From Minisyncoccia bacterium (GTDB lineage: Bacteria > Patescibacteriota > Minisyncoccia > Phycocordibacterales > UBA9973), in assembly GCA_049279095.1 (NCBI GenBank), contig JBAPNK010000022.1, positions 1-28,356 of the forward strand: 28,356 nt of DNA, read 5' to 3'. The stretch's first letter is position 1. Every line of letters begins with the position of its first letter. Position numbers and translations under genes: made by a program. Below the pieces are notes generated by a model. The model saw only the letters and a program-made list of their open reading frames with translations. It made no database searches and was not told the origin of the DNA. This document shows positions 7,293 through 17,401 of the stretch, piece after piece.

Positions 7293-9464
7293 ATGGAACG
7301 AGATTATCCTTTGGAAAAAGTCAGAAATATAGGCATCATCGCCCACATTGACGCGGGCAAAACGACGACGACCGAGCGGGTGCTTTTTTATACCGGTGTT
7401 TCGCACAAAATCGGTGAGGTGCATGACGGCGACACCACGACGGACTGGATGGAGCAAGAGCGTGAACGCGGGATTACGATTACCTCCGCGGCGGTAACTT
7501 GTTTTTGGACGCCGACTTACGTGTCCGCCGAAGCCTTGGCGAAGGCGGGCGCCCGACATCCAATGAAACATCGTTTTAATATTATAGATACTCCGGGGCA
7601 CATTGATTTCACAGTAGAAGTGAAAAGATCTTTGCGGGTGCTTGACGGCGCGGTGGTGGTTTTCGACGGCGTGGCCGGCGTGGAGCCGCAATCGGAAACC
7701 AACTGGCGTTATGCCGACGAAGCCAAGGTTCCGAGAATTTGTTTTATCAACAAACTGGACCGCACCGGCGCTTCTTTTGAACATTCTTACGCGACGATTC
7801 TGGATCGCCTTTCCAAAAAAGCTGTTCGCATGCAGATTCCGATCGGACTCGAAGAAAAACACGAAGGTGTGGTTGATCTGCTCCAAATGAAAGCTTATTA
7901 CTTTGAGGGAGAAATGGGCAACAAAGTTATGGAAAAAGAAATTCCGGCGGAATACAAAACCGAAGCGGAAAAATTTCATTCCGAATTGGTTGAAAAAATA
8001 GTGGAGACGGATGACACGATGATGACGGAATATTTGGAAGGCGTGATTCCCAATGTTGATGTTTTAAAAAAAACTCTGCGCAAAGCTGTAATCGCCAATG
8101 AAATTTTTCCGGTCTTTGCCGGCAGCGCGCTTAAAAACAAAGGCGTGCAATTAGTGTTGGATGGCGTTGTTGATTATCTTCCGGCGCCGACGGACATTCC
8201 GCCGATTGAAGGCATCAATCCAGACACCGATGAACCCGCAGTTCGACATGCTTCCGACGCTGAACCATTTTCGGCGTTGGCTTTCAAAGTGGCGACCGAT
8301 CCTTTTGTCGGACAAATTATTTTCTTCCGAGTTTATTCCGGATCTTTGATGGCCGGTAGTTATGTTTATAATCCGCGCACCCGCAACAAAGAGCGCATCG
8401 GCCGAATCTTGCGAATGCACGCCAATGATCGCGAAGAAGTGAAACAGGTTTTTGCCGGCGAAATCGCCGCCGCAGTCGGACTTAAGGACACAATCACCTC
8501 CGACACCATTTGCGATGAAAACAATCCGATTGAATTAAATCGCATTGTGTTTCCGGAACCGGTGATTCAGCTTCGGATTGAACCAAAGACGAAAGCCGAT
8601 CAGGAAAAAATGGGTATGGCGCTCAATCGTTTGGCGCAGGAAGATCCGACTTTCAAAGTTTCCACAGATCAGGAAACCGGCGAGACGATTATCGCCGGCA
8701 TGGGCGAATTGCATTTGGAGATTATCGTGGACCGAATGAAACGAGAATTTACCGTCGAGGCCAATGTCGGCAAGCCGCAAGTGGCTTATCGGGAAACAAT
8801 TACCGGAACCTCCGAAGCCGAAGGCAAATACATCAAGCAGTCCGGCGGACGCGGCAACTACGGCCATGTGAAAATCCGAGTCAAGCCGATGGTTATGCTC
8901 TCGAAAGAAGAATTGGAGGACTTGCCGAAAAATACCAAACGCTCGGAAAGTTTTGAATTTGTGAACAGCATCAAAGGCGGCGTGATTCCGCAGGAATACA
9001 TCGCGCCTTGCGAAAAAGGATTTAAAGAAGGGCTCGATCGCGGAGTTTTGGCCGGATTCAAAATTGTAAATGTTTCGGTGGATCTTTGGGACGGAAGTTA
9101 TCACGAAGTGGACAGTAACGAAATGGCTTTCAAAATCGCCGCGTCTATGGCGGTGCAAGATGCTTGTCGAAGAGCCAACCCGATGATTCTGGAACCGATG
9201 ATGAAAGTGGAAGTCGTGACGCCGGAGAAATTTATGGGTGATGTTACCGGAAATCTTTCCAGTAAGCGCGCACTGATTGAAGGCATGGAAGACCGTGGCA
9301 TGAACAAAGTCATCAAAGCCGTTGTGCCTCTTTCGGAAATGTTCGGCTATATGACCGGCCTGCGCTCGATGACCGAAGGCCGCGCCAGCTTCACCATGGA
9401 ATTTTTCCGCTATGATATTGTGCCCAACAATGTCGCGGAAACTATTATTGCGGCGAGAAAATGA
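7293..9464 (+). CDS. fusA: Elongation factor G
   Basis: [32 protein letters not shown]; str operon position. Confidence 0.99.
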   Translation: MERDYPLEKVRNIGIIAHIDAGKTTTTERVLFYTGVSHKIGEVHDGDTTTDWMEQERERGITITSAAVTCFWTPTYVSAEALAKAGARHPMKHRFNIIDTPGHIDFTVEVKRSLRVLDGAVVVFDGVAGVEPQSETNWRYADEAKVPRICFINKLDRTGASFEHSYATILDRLSKKAVRMQIPIGLEEKHEGVVDLLQMKAYYFEGEMGNKVMEKEIPAEYKTEAEKFHSELVEKIVETDDTMMTEYLEGVIPNVDVLKKTLRKAVIANEIFPVFAGSALKNKGVQLVLDGVVDYLPAPTDIPPIEGINPDTDEPAVRHASDAEPFSALAFKVATDPFVGQIIFFRVYSGSLMAGSYVYNPRTRNKERIGRILRMHANDREEVKQVFAGEIAAAVGLKDTITSDTICDENNPIELNRIVFPEPVIQLRIEPKTKADQEKMGMALNRLAQEDPTFKVSTDQETGETIIAGMGELHLEIIVDRMKREFTVEANVGKPQVAYRETITGTSEAEGKYIKQSGGRGNYGHVKIRVKPMVMLSKEELEDLPKNTKRSESFEFVNSIKGGVIPQEYIAPCEKGFKEGLDRGVLAGFKIVNVSVDLWDGSYHEVDSNEMAFKIAASMAVQDACRRANPMILEPMMKVEVVTPEKFMGDVTGNLSSKRALIEGMEDRGMNKVIKAVVPLSEMFGYMTGLRSMTEGRASFTMEFFRYDIVPNNVAETIIAARK

Positions 9465-9503
9465 AATTGATGTTTGATTTATTTTTTGCTATATTTATAT
9501 GTA

Positions 9504-9773
9504 ATGAAAAAGAAAGAATTGAAACGAAACATAATTTCTCAAAAAGTATATAACTATACTGCAGTATTTGAGCCTGATCAAAAAGATGGCGGATATACTG
9601 TTACTGTTCCCAGTTTGCCAGGATGTATTTCGGAGGGGGATAACTTCGAAGAAGCGCTAAAAAATATTAAAGAAGCCACAAGTTTGTATTTGGAAACAAT
9701 GAAAGAAAATAAAACAAAAATTTTTCAAGAAAATTTCGGTATCATTATAACCCCTATTCAAGTAATGGCATAA
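9504..9773 (+). CDS. hicB: HicB-family antitoxin (short form)
   Basis: GGYTVTVPSLPGCISEGDNFEEALKNIKEA; ATG 9504 follows TTGATG-17-TATATT. Confidence 0.9.
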   Translation: MKKKELKRNIISQKVYNYTAVFEPDQKDGGYTVTVPSLPGCISEGDNFEEALKNIKEATSLYLETMKENKTKIFQENFGIIITPIQVMA

Positions 9774-9777
9774 TTTT

Positions 9778-9996
9778 ATGCCGAAGTTTCCGTCTCTTAA
9801 AGCAAAAGAAGTTGAAAAAGTTTTAGAAAAAACTGGATTTATTTTTGCGCGCCAAAATGGAAGTCATAAGATTTACCTAAAAAACAAGATTTACATAACT
9901 TTGCCATGGCACAATAAAGATATGAGAATTGGCACCATAAAAGCGATTATAAAACAGTCTGGTTTAACCGCTCAAGAATTTTTAGGATTAATATAA
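9778..9996 (+). CDS. hicA: HicA-family mRNA interferase toxin
   Basis: GF...RQNGSH, LPWH.KD...GTI..I.KQSGL. Confidence 0.92.
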   Translation: MPKFPSLKAKEVEKVLEKTGFIFARQNGSHKIYLKNKIYITLPWHNKDMRIGTIKAIIKQSGLTAQEFLGLI

Positions 9997-10005
9997 GATA
10001 TATTT

Positions 10006-10485
10006 ATGGAAAAAGTTGCAAATCAACCCAATATACTTAAAGACAAAAATAAAAAAGCCCTTGTAGAAGAACTTAAAGATAAGATTGTAAATAATGTGGA
10101 CTTTATTTCGCCAGAAATCTATAAGTCGATTTTTTCTCGGTTTGATCTAAAGGGCGCAAAAATTTTAGATGTTGGCGCGGGATTTATCCCTGTCAATTCA
10201 CAAGCGTCACAATATATAAATGCTCTACCTATAAAAGATTTAACTTTGGTGCCTTTTGATATTAATGACTTAAAAATTAGAAGTTGGAATTTGGTTAATA
10301 GAGATAAACCACTCCTTAAAGAATCAATGGTTCGCCCCGTGCGTGGGGATATGTTTAATCTGCCATTAGATCAAAAGCGGATGGAAACTGAATTAAAGAA
10401 AGTTCAAAAATTAAAAAACAAAAAATCTTCAAACAAAGTGACTGTTAAAGTTGTCGCGCCTTTTGGATTATTATTAAGAAAATAA
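10006..10485 (+). CDS. Class I SAM-methyltransferase-like protein, apparently truncated or internally deleted
   Basis: ILDVGAG motif I, PFDIN, VRGDMFNLP; later fold elements not recognisable. Confidence 0.5.
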   Translation: MEKVANQPNILKDKNKKALVEELKDKIVNNVDFISPEIYKSIFSRFDLKGAKILDVGAGFIPVNSQASQYINALPIKDLTLVPFDINDLKIRSWNLVNRDKPLLKESMVRPVRGDMFNLPLDQKRMETELKKVQKLKNKKSSNKVTVKVVAPFGLLLRK

Positions 10486-10514
10486 AAACGGCTAGGCAAG
10501 ACCTGGTCAAAAAC

Positions 10515-10850
10515 ATGCCCGCAGAATCTATTTCACAAAACAATCCGGAATTTACAGAAAAAGTGAACAAATTGTCGCAGGACACCATTTCATATTTGAC
10601 GGAAGAAGGTTTTAAAGTTGAGCCAACTGATGCATCTTTCCTAAGACAAATACTAATACCGAATTTGCTTGCCAAAAATCCCAATATGAATTTTTTGTCA
10701 TCCTTAACGGAAATCTTTGAAAATTTTTTTTTGCTTATGTATGGTGTAAATGTGTCTGAGTATTTTAAAACATCAAAATCTGTCGAAGAAGACAAAAAAA
10801 GAAAAAAAGACTTATATGAATATGTTCAGACAAAACTTCGCAGAGAATAA
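10515..10850 (+). CDS. Hypothetical protein
   Basis: 111-aa ORF filling the gap before the tuf promoter, co-oriented; no motif recognised. Confidence 0.6.
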   Translation: MPAESISQNNPEFTEKVNKLSQDTISYLTEEGFKVEPTDASFLRQILIPNLLAKNPNMNFLSSLTEIFENFFLLMYGVNVSEYFKTSKSVEEDKKRKKDLYEYVQTKLRRE

Positions 10851-10856
10851 ATCAGT

Positions 10857-10931
10857 TTGACAATCTTTTTTAATTTGCTACTATCTTAACAACTGCACTT
10901 TTGGCGGTTTTTCTATTGCCCAAAAGCGGTT
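10857..10931 (+). promoter_or_regulatory. tuf promoter and 5' leader hairpin
   Basis: TTGACA-16-TACTAT with extended TG; AACTG..CTTTTGG/CCAAAAG-CGGTT stem from 10891. Confidence 0.65.
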
Positions 10932-10960
10932 TGGCATTATAAGTTTTAATAAAAAAATTT

Positions 10961-12154
10961 ATGGCAGAAGAATTTAAAAGAGACAAGCCGCACATTAATG
11001 TCGGCACCATCGGGCATGTGGACCACGGCAAGACGACTTTGACCGCGGCGATTTTGCATGTTTTGAATATGGCGGGCAAGACGGTTCGTCTGCGCGGAGT
11101 TGATCAAATCGATAACGCGCCGGAAGAAAAAGCGCGAGGCATTACCATTAACATTTCCCACAACGAATATGCGACCGACGCCCGGCATTATGCGCACATC
11201 GACGCTCCCGGACACGCAGACTACATCAAAAATATGATTACCGGCGCCGCACAGATGGACGGCGCGATTTTGGTGGTCGCGGCGACGGACGGCGCTATGC
11301 CGCAGACCCGCGAGCATGTGCTCTTAGCCAAACAAGTTGGCGTGCCCAAGATCATTGTTTTCTTGAACAAGTGCGATATGGTGGACGACAAAGATATGAT
11401 TGACCTGGTGGAAGAAGAAATCCGCGAGCTTTTGACCAAGCAGGGTTTTGACGGCGCCGGAGCTCCTGTGATTCGCGGTTCGGCTCTGAAAGCTCTCGAA
11501 TCAAAATCAGTGGATGATCCTTGGGCTGTCAAGGTGCTCGAATTGGTAAACGCGCTCGATACTTATATTCCGATTCCGGAACGAGATGTCAAAAAGCCTT
11601 TCCTGATGCCTGTTGAAGACATATTCTCGATTGAAGGCCGAGGCACGGTTGTTACCGGAAAAATCGAAAGAGGAATCGTGAAAGTCGGCGAGGAAGTGGA
11701 GGTGGTCGGAATCAAGCCGACCCAGAAGACAACTGTCACTGGCATTGAAATGTTCAACAAAAATTTACAGGAAGGCATGGCGGGCGACAATGCCGGCGTG
11801 CTTTTGCGCGGACTCAAAAAAGAAGATGTTACCCGCGGACAAGTCTTGGCGAAACCGGGAACCGTCACTCCGCACGATCATTTCACCTGCGAAATTTATG
11901 TTTTGAAAAAAGAAGAAGGCGGACGGCACACTCCTTTCTTCAAAGGTTACAAGCCGCAGTTTTATATCCGCACGACTGATGTGACTGGAGATGTGACTTT
12001 GGCGGAAGGCACCGAAATGGTTATGCCGGGCGACACGGTAAAAATCACCGTCAAGCTGGTGACGCCGGTGGCGCTCGAAGAATCGCAGAGATTCGCCATT
12101 CGCGAAGGCGGCAAGACAGTTGGCGCGGGAGTGGTCACAAAAATTCTTGGATAA
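10961..12154 (+). CDS. tuf: Elongation factor Tu
   Basis: [49 protein letters not shown]. Confidence 0.99.
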   Translation: MAEEFKRDKPHINVGTIGHVDHGKTTLTAAILHVLNMAGKTVRLRGVDQIDNAPEEKARGITINISHNEYATDARHYAHIDAPGHADYIKNMITGAAQMDGAILVVAATDGAMPQTREHVLLAKQVGVPKIIVFLNKCDMVDDKDMIDLVEEEIRELLTKQGFDGAGAPVIRGSALKALESKSVDDPWAVKVLELVNALDTYIPIPERDVKKPFLMPVEDIFSIEGRGTVVTGKIERGIVKVGEEVEVVGIKPTQKTTVTGIEMFNKNLQEGMAGDNAGVLLRGLKKEDVTRGQVLAKPGTVTPHDHFTCEIYVLKKEEGGRHTPFFKGYKPQFYIRTTDVTGDVTLAEGTEMVMPGDTVKITVKLVTPVALEESQRFAIREGGKTVGAGVVTKILG

Positions 12155-12169
12155 ATTAATTTTAGTTCA

Positions 12170-12577
12170 ATGACAACAACAGATACAGAGATAAAAACGA
12201 AAAAGCCCAAAACGGTGAAGGCGAAAACGTCTAAGGTCAAATCTGTTGCTAAAACAGAAAAAGTTGAAAGCAGGGTGACATTGCGCATCCGCGTGCGCGC
12301 TTACGAGAGCAAGATCTTGGACGCTTCCATCAAGCAGATTATGGATACCGCTTTGCGTTACGACGCGAATATTATCGGTCCGGTCCCTTTGCCGACGGAA
12401 ATAAAAAAATATACCGTCAATCGTTCTCCTTTTATTTACAAAAACACGCGAGAGCAGTTTGAAATAAGAGTGCATAAAAGATTGATTGACATTATCAACC
12501 CGAATCCAAAGACCGTCGAGGCGCTGACTAATCTGTCGTTGCCTTCCGGAGTCGATATTGATGTGAAGATGATGTAA
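12170..12577 (+). CDS. rpsJ: 30S ribosomal protein S10 with Lys-rich N-terminal extension
   Basis: [30 protein letters not shown]. Confidence 0.98.
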   Translation: MTTTDTEIKTKKPKTVKAKTSKVKSVAKTEKVESRVTLRIRVRAYESKILDASIKQIMDTALRYDANIIGPVPLPTEIKKYTVNRSPFIYKNTREQFEIRVHKRLIDIINPNPKTVEALTNLSLPSGVDIDVKMM

Positions 12578-12578
12578 T

Positions 12579-13193
12579 ATGAAATTCATTTTGGGCACAA
12601 AAGAAAATATGGCGGAGTATTTTAGGGAAGACGGCACGATTGTTCCAGTGACGATAGTTTCCGCCGGCCCTGTGACGGTTACCAGAGTTTTTGAAAAATC
12701 CAAAGATGGCTATGATTCCGTGCAAGTCGGATACGGCCTTCAAAAAAAAGAGAGAATTACCAAAAGCGCGGCGGGCGCGATGAAAGGAGGATTTTACAAA
12801 ACGGTTAAAGAATTCAGATTAAAGCCGACGGATAAAGTTGACGCAAAGGAAGGCGCGGTGATTGATGTTTCCGTTTTTTCCGATGGCGACAAAATAACTG
12901 TGAGCAGTGTTTCCAAGGGCAAGGGTTTCCAAGGGGTGGTGAAACGACACGGTTTCCACGGCGGTCCGCGCACGCACGGCCAAAAGCATTCCGAACGGGA
13001 ACCGGGATCGATTGGCGGCGGTTTGCGCACCCATGTTCCGAAAGGAATGCGCATGGCGGGCCGAATGGGCTCCGATCGGATTACCCAAAAAAATCTGCAA
13101 GTGGTTTTTATTGATAAAGAAAATAATTTGATGCTGGTCAAAGGAGCGATCGCCGGCCGACGCGGGACTTTAGTAGAAATAGTCAGCAGATAA
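12579..13193 (+). CDS. rplC: 50S ribosomal protein L3
   Basis: PVTIV, DGYDSVQVG, SKGKGFQGVVKRHGF, RMAGRMG. Confidence 0.98.
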   Translation: MKFILGTKENMAEYFREDGTIVPVTIVSAGPVTVTRVFEKSKDGYDSVQVGYGLQKKERITKSAAGAMKGGFYKTVKEFRLKPTDKVDAKEGAVIDVSVFSDGDKITVSSVSKGKGFQGVVKRHGFHGGPRTHGQKHSEREPGSIGGGLRTHVPKGMRMAGRMGSDRITQKNLQVVFIDKENNLMLVKGAIAGRRGTLVEIVSR

Positions 13194-13277
13194 TACGAAA
13201 ATTATGCGAAAGCTACAAAAAACTACAAAAATTTTCGCAGACTTTCGTAAATTTTCGAATAATTTTCGTATAATAAT
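13194..13277. repeat. 84-bp palindromic intergenic repeat, copy 1
   Basis: Differs from 19301-19384 at 3 positions; terminal inverted repeat TACGAAAATTAT/ATAATTTTCGTA. Confidence 0.9.
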
Positions 13278-13934
13278 ATGAATGCAATTATTTACAATCA
13301 AAAAGGAAAGGAAGCGGGGACGATAAATCTTCCGGAAAAAGTTTTCGGCGCCAAATGGCGCAGCGATTTGGTGCATCAAGTGGTGGAAGGAATGCGGAGC
13401 AACAAGCGCGCCGGCACCGCGGACACCAAAGATCGCGGCGAAGTGCGCGGCGGCGGCAAGAAGCCCTGGAAACAGAAAGGCACCGGACGCGCTCGGCACG
13501 GATCTTCCAGGAGTCCCATCTGGGTCGGCGGCGGGGTGACTCACGGTCCGCTCGCCGAGAAAAATTATAAAAGAAAAATCTCCAAGAAAATGCGCGCGCA
13601 GGCTTTATTTTCGGTTCTTTCCAGAAAAATGAAAGACAATGAAATAATTTTTGTGGATACGCTTGAAATGCCGAAAATAAATACCAAAATCGGAGTAACC
13701 GTTGTAAACAGTTTGGCTAAAGCGGTTAATATAAAAAATATAAACACCAAGCAGCCAAAGATTTTGATTGCCCTGTATGAACGGAATGAAAAATCGGAAA
13801 AAAGTTTTCGCAACATTTCCGTTTTGGATACGGCGTTTTTGAAGAATTTAAATCCAATGGACATTTTGAATTACAAATATTTGATTATTGAAAAGCCAGT
13901 CGAGAGCGTGAAATTTTTAGAAAGCAGGGGGTAA
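13278..13934 (+). CDS. rplD: 50S ribosomal protein L4
   Basis: [27 protein letters not shown]. Confidence 0.99.
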   Translation: MNAIIYNQKGKEAGTINLPEKVFGAKWRSDLVHQVVEGMRSNKRAGTADTKDRGEVRGGGKKPWKQKGTGRARHGSSRSPIWVGGGVTHGPLAEKNYKRKISKKMRAQALFSVLSRKMKDNEIIFVDTLEMPKINTKIGVTVVNSLAKAVNIKNINTKQPKILIALYERNEKSEKSFRNISVLDTAFLKNLNPMDILNYKYLIIEKPVESVKFLESRG

Positions 13935-13935
13935 T

Positions 13936-13972
13936 ACCCCTACCCAGCCTCCCCCTACATTAGGGGGAGGAG
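13936..13972. repeat. C-rich/G-rich REP-like hairpin, copy 1 of 4
   Basis: CCTCCCCCTA-CAT-TAGGGGGAGG preceded by a C-rich tract. Confidence 0.7.
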
Positions 13973-13981
13973 AAAATCATT

Positions 13982-14263
13982 ATGACCACCATTATCAAAA
14001 ATCCAATAAAGAATCCCAGAGTGACTGAAAAAGCGTCTTTTGCGGCCGAGCAAAATGTTTATTCGTTTGACATTGCGCCTTCGGCCAACAAAACCGAAAT
14101 TAAAAAAGCGATCTTTGCGCTTTACAAAGTGCATCCGACGAAAGTGAATGTTCTTAATATTCCAAAAAAACAAATTATGTCCAAAGGGCGTGCTGGTGTT
14201 CGAGGCGGCGGTCGCAAAGCGATGGTTTATTTAAAAAAGGGAGATAAAATAGAATTTATATAA
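13982..14263 (+). CDS. rplW: 50S ribosomal protein L23
   Basis: PRVTEKA, ANKTEIKKAI, RKAMVYLKKG. Confidence 0.97.
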   Translation: MTTIIKNPIKNPRVTEKASFAAEQNVYSFDIAPSANKTEIKKAIFALYKVHPTKVNVLNIPKKQIMSKGRAGVRGGGRKAMVYLKKGDKIEFI

Positions 14264-14265
14264 TT

Positions 14266-15105
14266 ATGAAAAGCTACAAGCCGACAAGCAAATCCAGACG
14301 ACAAATGACCCATGTAAGCTATCGTGGCATTTTGACCGATTCCGCTCCGACCAAATCCTTGACGCGCGGTTTTCGCCGTTCCGTCGGCCGAAATAGCCAA
14401 GGGCGCATTACGATGCGGCACAAAGGTTCAGGACACAAACGGCTGTATCGGGAAATTGATTTTTTTTATAATAAAAAAGATATCCCCGCAAAAATAAATT
14501 CCGTGGAGTACGATCCGAACCGCTCGGCTTTTATCGGTTTGGCGATTTATCGAGATGGAGAAAAAAGATATGTGGTCTTGCCGAAAGGAGTTACAGCCGG
14601 AAATTCTTTTATTGTTTCCGAAAAAGCGCCTCTCGAACCGGGTAATCGGCTTCCTTTAAAAAATATTCCGGTTGGATCGTTTGTTTACAATATTGAAGTC
14701 AAGCCAATGGGCGGCGCCAAGATCGGCCGCAGCGCCGGAATTTTCGCTCAAGTGGTCGCCAACGCCGACGGCTACACCAATTTGAAAATGCCTTCTACCG
14801 AAATTCGCAAAATCAACGAAAATTGCTGGGCGTCGATCGGAACAGTTTCGAACGAAGAACATCATTTGGAAAATTACGGCAAGGCCGGGCGAAGCCGCTG
14901 GAAAGGCATCCGCCCGACCGTGCGCGGCACAGCGATGAATCCTGTTGATCATCCATACGGCGGCGGCGAGGGCCGGCAGGGACGCGGAACCAAGAGACCA
15001 AAAACAATGTGGGGCAAAGTCACCGGCGGCAGAAAGACTAGACATCCGAAAAAATATTCCAATGTGTTTGTGGTGTCGCGAAGGAAGACGGGGAAAAATA
15101 AATAA
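14266..15105 (+). CDS. rplB: 50S ribosomal protein L2
   Basis: GRITMRH, EYDPNRSA, RPTVRGTAMNPVDHPYGGGEG. Confidence 0.99.
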   Translation: MKSYKPTSKSRRQMTHVSYRGILTDSAPTKSLTRGFRRSVGRNSQGRITMRHKGSGHKRLYREIDFFYNKKDIPAKINSVEYDPNRSAFIGLAIYRDGEKRYVVLPKGVTAGNSFIVSEKAPLEPGNRLPLKNIPVGSFVYNIEVKPMGGAKIGRSAGIFAQVVANADGYTNLKMPSTEIRKINENCWASIGTVSNEEHHLENYGKAGRSRWKGIRPTVRGTAMNPVDHPYGGGEGRQGRGTKRPKTMWGKVTGGRKTRHPKKYSNVFVVSRRKTGKNK

Positions 15106-15113
15106 AAATCATT

Positions 15114-15144
15114 CAAAAAACACTCTAAAAATGAGTGTTTTTTG
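15114..15144 (+). terminator. Intrinsic terminator after rplB
   Basis: CAAAAAACACTC-7 nt-GAGTGTTTTTTG perfect inverted repeat. Confidence 0.7.
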
Positions 15145-15159
15145 TTGGTGGATTATTCA

Positions 15160-15188
15160 TTGACAACACATTTCACTTTTGATACAAT
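15160..15188 (+). promoter_or_regulatory. Near-consensus sigma70 promoter of the first AbiE pair
   Basis: TTGACA-17 nt-TACAAT with extended TG. Confidence 0.75.
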
Positions 15189-15200
15189 ATCGTCATATAT

Positions 15201-15821
15201 ATGAAATACCGAGAAATATTAATTGAGCAACTGAAGCCCTTGCCTTATTTTAATAAGAATACTATTTATCAGCTTAGTAAGCAGTATGACATCAAAAGCG
15301 CAACAGTTGATAAATATATCAGCCGTTCTTTGGCGCAGAAAGATATTTTTGGACTCAAGAGAGGCTTTTACATTAGCGCTGATTTTTACAATAAAAATAA
15401 AGGTGAGATATCCTATTCATTTTTAATTGCCAATATCCTTCGCTCGCCGTCATATGTGAGTTCTTGGACTGCCTTGCAGTATTACAATTTGACCACTGAA
15501 GCTATACACAATATCATATCAGTAACAGAGAAAGTTACTCGCAATTATCAGACAAAAGCCGGAAACTTTGCGTATCAGTCAATCAAAAAAGAACTTTTTT
15601 CCGGTTTTACTCTGGTGAAAGGAAAATTTAATTTCTTTATTGCGACGCCATCCAAAGCATTGTTCGATCTTCTATATTTCAGAACCAATCAGTTCAGGGG
15701 AATTAAATTTAGGGATATAAAAAAAATAATTGAAGAATTGCGCATAGATATCGATGAAATGGAAAAATCGGAACAGGTTAAATTTTATAAAATAATAAAA
15801 AAATATTTAAACCATGACTAA
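15201..15821 (+). CDS. abiEi: AbiEi-like type IV antitoxin / transcriptional regulator
   Basis: LKRGFY, PSYVSSWTALQYY, IATPSKALFDLLY; overlaps the toxin start. Confidence 0.85.
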   Translation: MKYREILIEQLKPLPYFNKNTIYQLSKQYDIKSATVDKYISRSLAQKDIFGLKRGFYISADFYNKNKGEISYSFLIANILRSPSYVSSWTALQYYNLTTEAIHNIISVTEKVTRNYQTKAGNFAYQSIKKELFSGFTLVKGKFNFFIATPSKALFDLLYFRTNQFRGIKFRDIKKIIEELRIDIDEMEKSEQVKFYKIIKKYLNHD

Positions 15822-17103
15822 TCAGATTTTAATGAGATTAAAAAGCAGGCTTGATGACCTGTCAAAATATGGAGAGATTGATGTTGAGACGGAGCGTAAT
15901 GCCTTAAAAGAAGACTTGCAGTATTATGTTCTTGAATTTATTTATCATCACTCCGAATACAGCAATTGGACAATGTACGGCGGATCAGCCCTGCGTATTT
16001 GCCACAAATTGAACCGAATGTCTGTCGATTTGGATTTTGAAATTGTGGAACCATGCACTGATCGATTTTTAAATAAACTCAAAAAAGAGATTGAATCTTA
16101 CTTTTCCAGAAAATATGCCACGGAAAATAATTTTTTAAGCATAAAAGTTATTGGCAGTCGCGGACTTCTTTTAAAATTTAATATTGGCGACGAACTTGGC
16201 ATGGGGCATCCGTCAAAGCAGGTGCATGTTAAAATTGATCTCAACCATTTCCTTGCGCCCAAAACAGTGATTGAACGAATCCCTGTCAGTCAATACAACG
16301 ATCAGCTTTCTTTTGTCATTAAGACATATAATTTGTCTGCGTTGATGGCGAGCAAAATTGTGGCGATTTTTTTGCGGGGGACTCGCGGAGTCGGAGCTGA
16401 TGTCTATGAAGAAAAGGGACGCGACATATATGACTTGCTTTGGTATATGGACAAAAAAGCTGTTCCGGATTTGGATTATTTGAAAGTCAAAGGCGTTGAT
16501 GTCAGCGATTTGCGCGCGCTTTTCGACAAACTTACATTAAAAATGAATGATGTGAATAATAGCAATTTGGCGCAAGACCTTAAACCTCTTTTCTTGGACC
16601 AGAATTTTATCACACACTGGCTCCTGCATTGGCGAGAAAGTTATTTTCGATTGCTTAAAGAATATAGCATTAATTTGATTGCGGAATTGCAGGAAATTTC
16701 AATATTTCATGAACTGCGGGCGGATGTTTTTTATTTCAAATTTTATTATAAAACTGAAGATAATAAATTGGTCAGCATTATATATTCAATGAGTGACTAT
16801 TGGGTGAATTTTGCCGAGGGTGAGATACCAACAAAGATAAATGAAAGTTTGACTCCGATTACTAAGTTTATAATAAACGGAAGCACGAGCCGGCCAGCTT
16901 CTCGGGAAAAATTAAATCAGTATGTTTCGCTTTTTTATAATAAATCTGAAGCATATCTTAAAAAGACAAATCATATAATTCTTGGCGATAATATTATAAC
17001 AAAAATGATTATAATGAGTGCAGGCAATTTTAATCAGAAAGAGCAGATTGTGCTGAATAAATCAGCATTGCTTTCTTGCCAGCTTGAGGACTTACTGAAA
17101 TAA
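15814..17103 (+). CDS. abiEii: AbiEii/AbiGii (DUF1814) nucleotidyltransferase toxin with C-terminal extension
   Basis: GGSALRI....NRMSVDLDF, KIDL, ASKI, KGRDIYDL. Confidence 0.9.
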   Translation: MTNQILMRLKSRLDDLSKYGEIDVETERNALKEDLQYYVLEFIYHHSEYSNWTMYGGSALRICHKLNRMSVDLDFEIVEPCTDRFLNKLKKEIESYFSRKYATENNFLSIKVIGSRGLLLKFNIGDELGMGHPSKQVHVKIDLNHFLAPKTVIERIPVSQYNDQLSFVIKTYNLSALMASKIVAIFLRGTRGVGADVYEEKGRDIYDLLWYMDKKAVPDLDYLKVKGVDVSDLRALFDKLTLKMNDVNNSNLAQDLKPLFLDQNFITHWLLHWRESYFRLLKEYSINLIAELQEISIFHELRADVFYFKFYYKTEDNKLVSIIYSMSDYWVNFAEGEIPTKINESLTPITKFIINGSTSRPASREKLNQYVSLFYNKSEAYLKKTNHIILGDNIITKMIIMSAGNFNQKEQIVLNKSALLSCQLEDLLK

Positions 17104-17159
17104 ATAATTTTTCCACCAATTTTCCTTGCATTCTTTTTTGTATATGTTATGGTTTTAAA

Positions 17160-17335
17160 TGAGGAGTACCACCGAATGAAAAATTGCTCTCGTTTGCCGG
17201 CTTGGTGTCGGCGAAGGATCACTGCTACCAGAATGGCGGTGAAAAAGCCACGCACATCCAAACGTGCGTGGCAAAAAGCCAACAACCAGGCATAGACCTG
17301 GAAAAAATGGGGCAGGCGCGTTGTCGTCGGCCCCA
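17160..17335 (+). ncRNA. Candidate structured ncRNA with six consecutive hairpins
   Basis: Promoter TTGCAT-16-TATGGT; GC-rich stems with G-U pairs on the + strand, mostly separated by A-rich linkers; family not recognised. Confidence 0.55.
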
Positions 17336-17401
17336 CTGCTATGTCTGCTAAAATTTTTTTAACTCAAAATTATTTATATTTTAATATGCTATACTTCGGT
17401 A

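Noticed and set aside
6660..9316. Long antisense ORFs over rpsL-rpsG-fusA (and similar ones over tuf and r-protein genes)
   Set aside because: Shadow frames of conserved genes with biased codon usage
9462..9464. Alternative genetic code 25 (TGA=Gly) as in Gracilibacteria
   Set aside because: TGA ends fusA and rpmC at expected positions and no conserved gene needs TGA readthrough
13194..13277. CRISPR array or promoter within the 84-bp repeat
   Set aside because: Two dispersed copies with no spacers or cas genes; the TATAAT is only 3 nt from the ATG
17176..17295. 39-aa basic ORF MKNCSRLPAW... with GAGGAG upstream
   Set aside because: Entirely overlapped by strong hairpins and no recognisable motif; kept only as an alternative to the ncRNA reading
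17034..17336. 100-aa minus-strand ORF
   Set aside because: Overlaps the abiEii end, non-ATG start, and G-U pairing favours a + strand RNA
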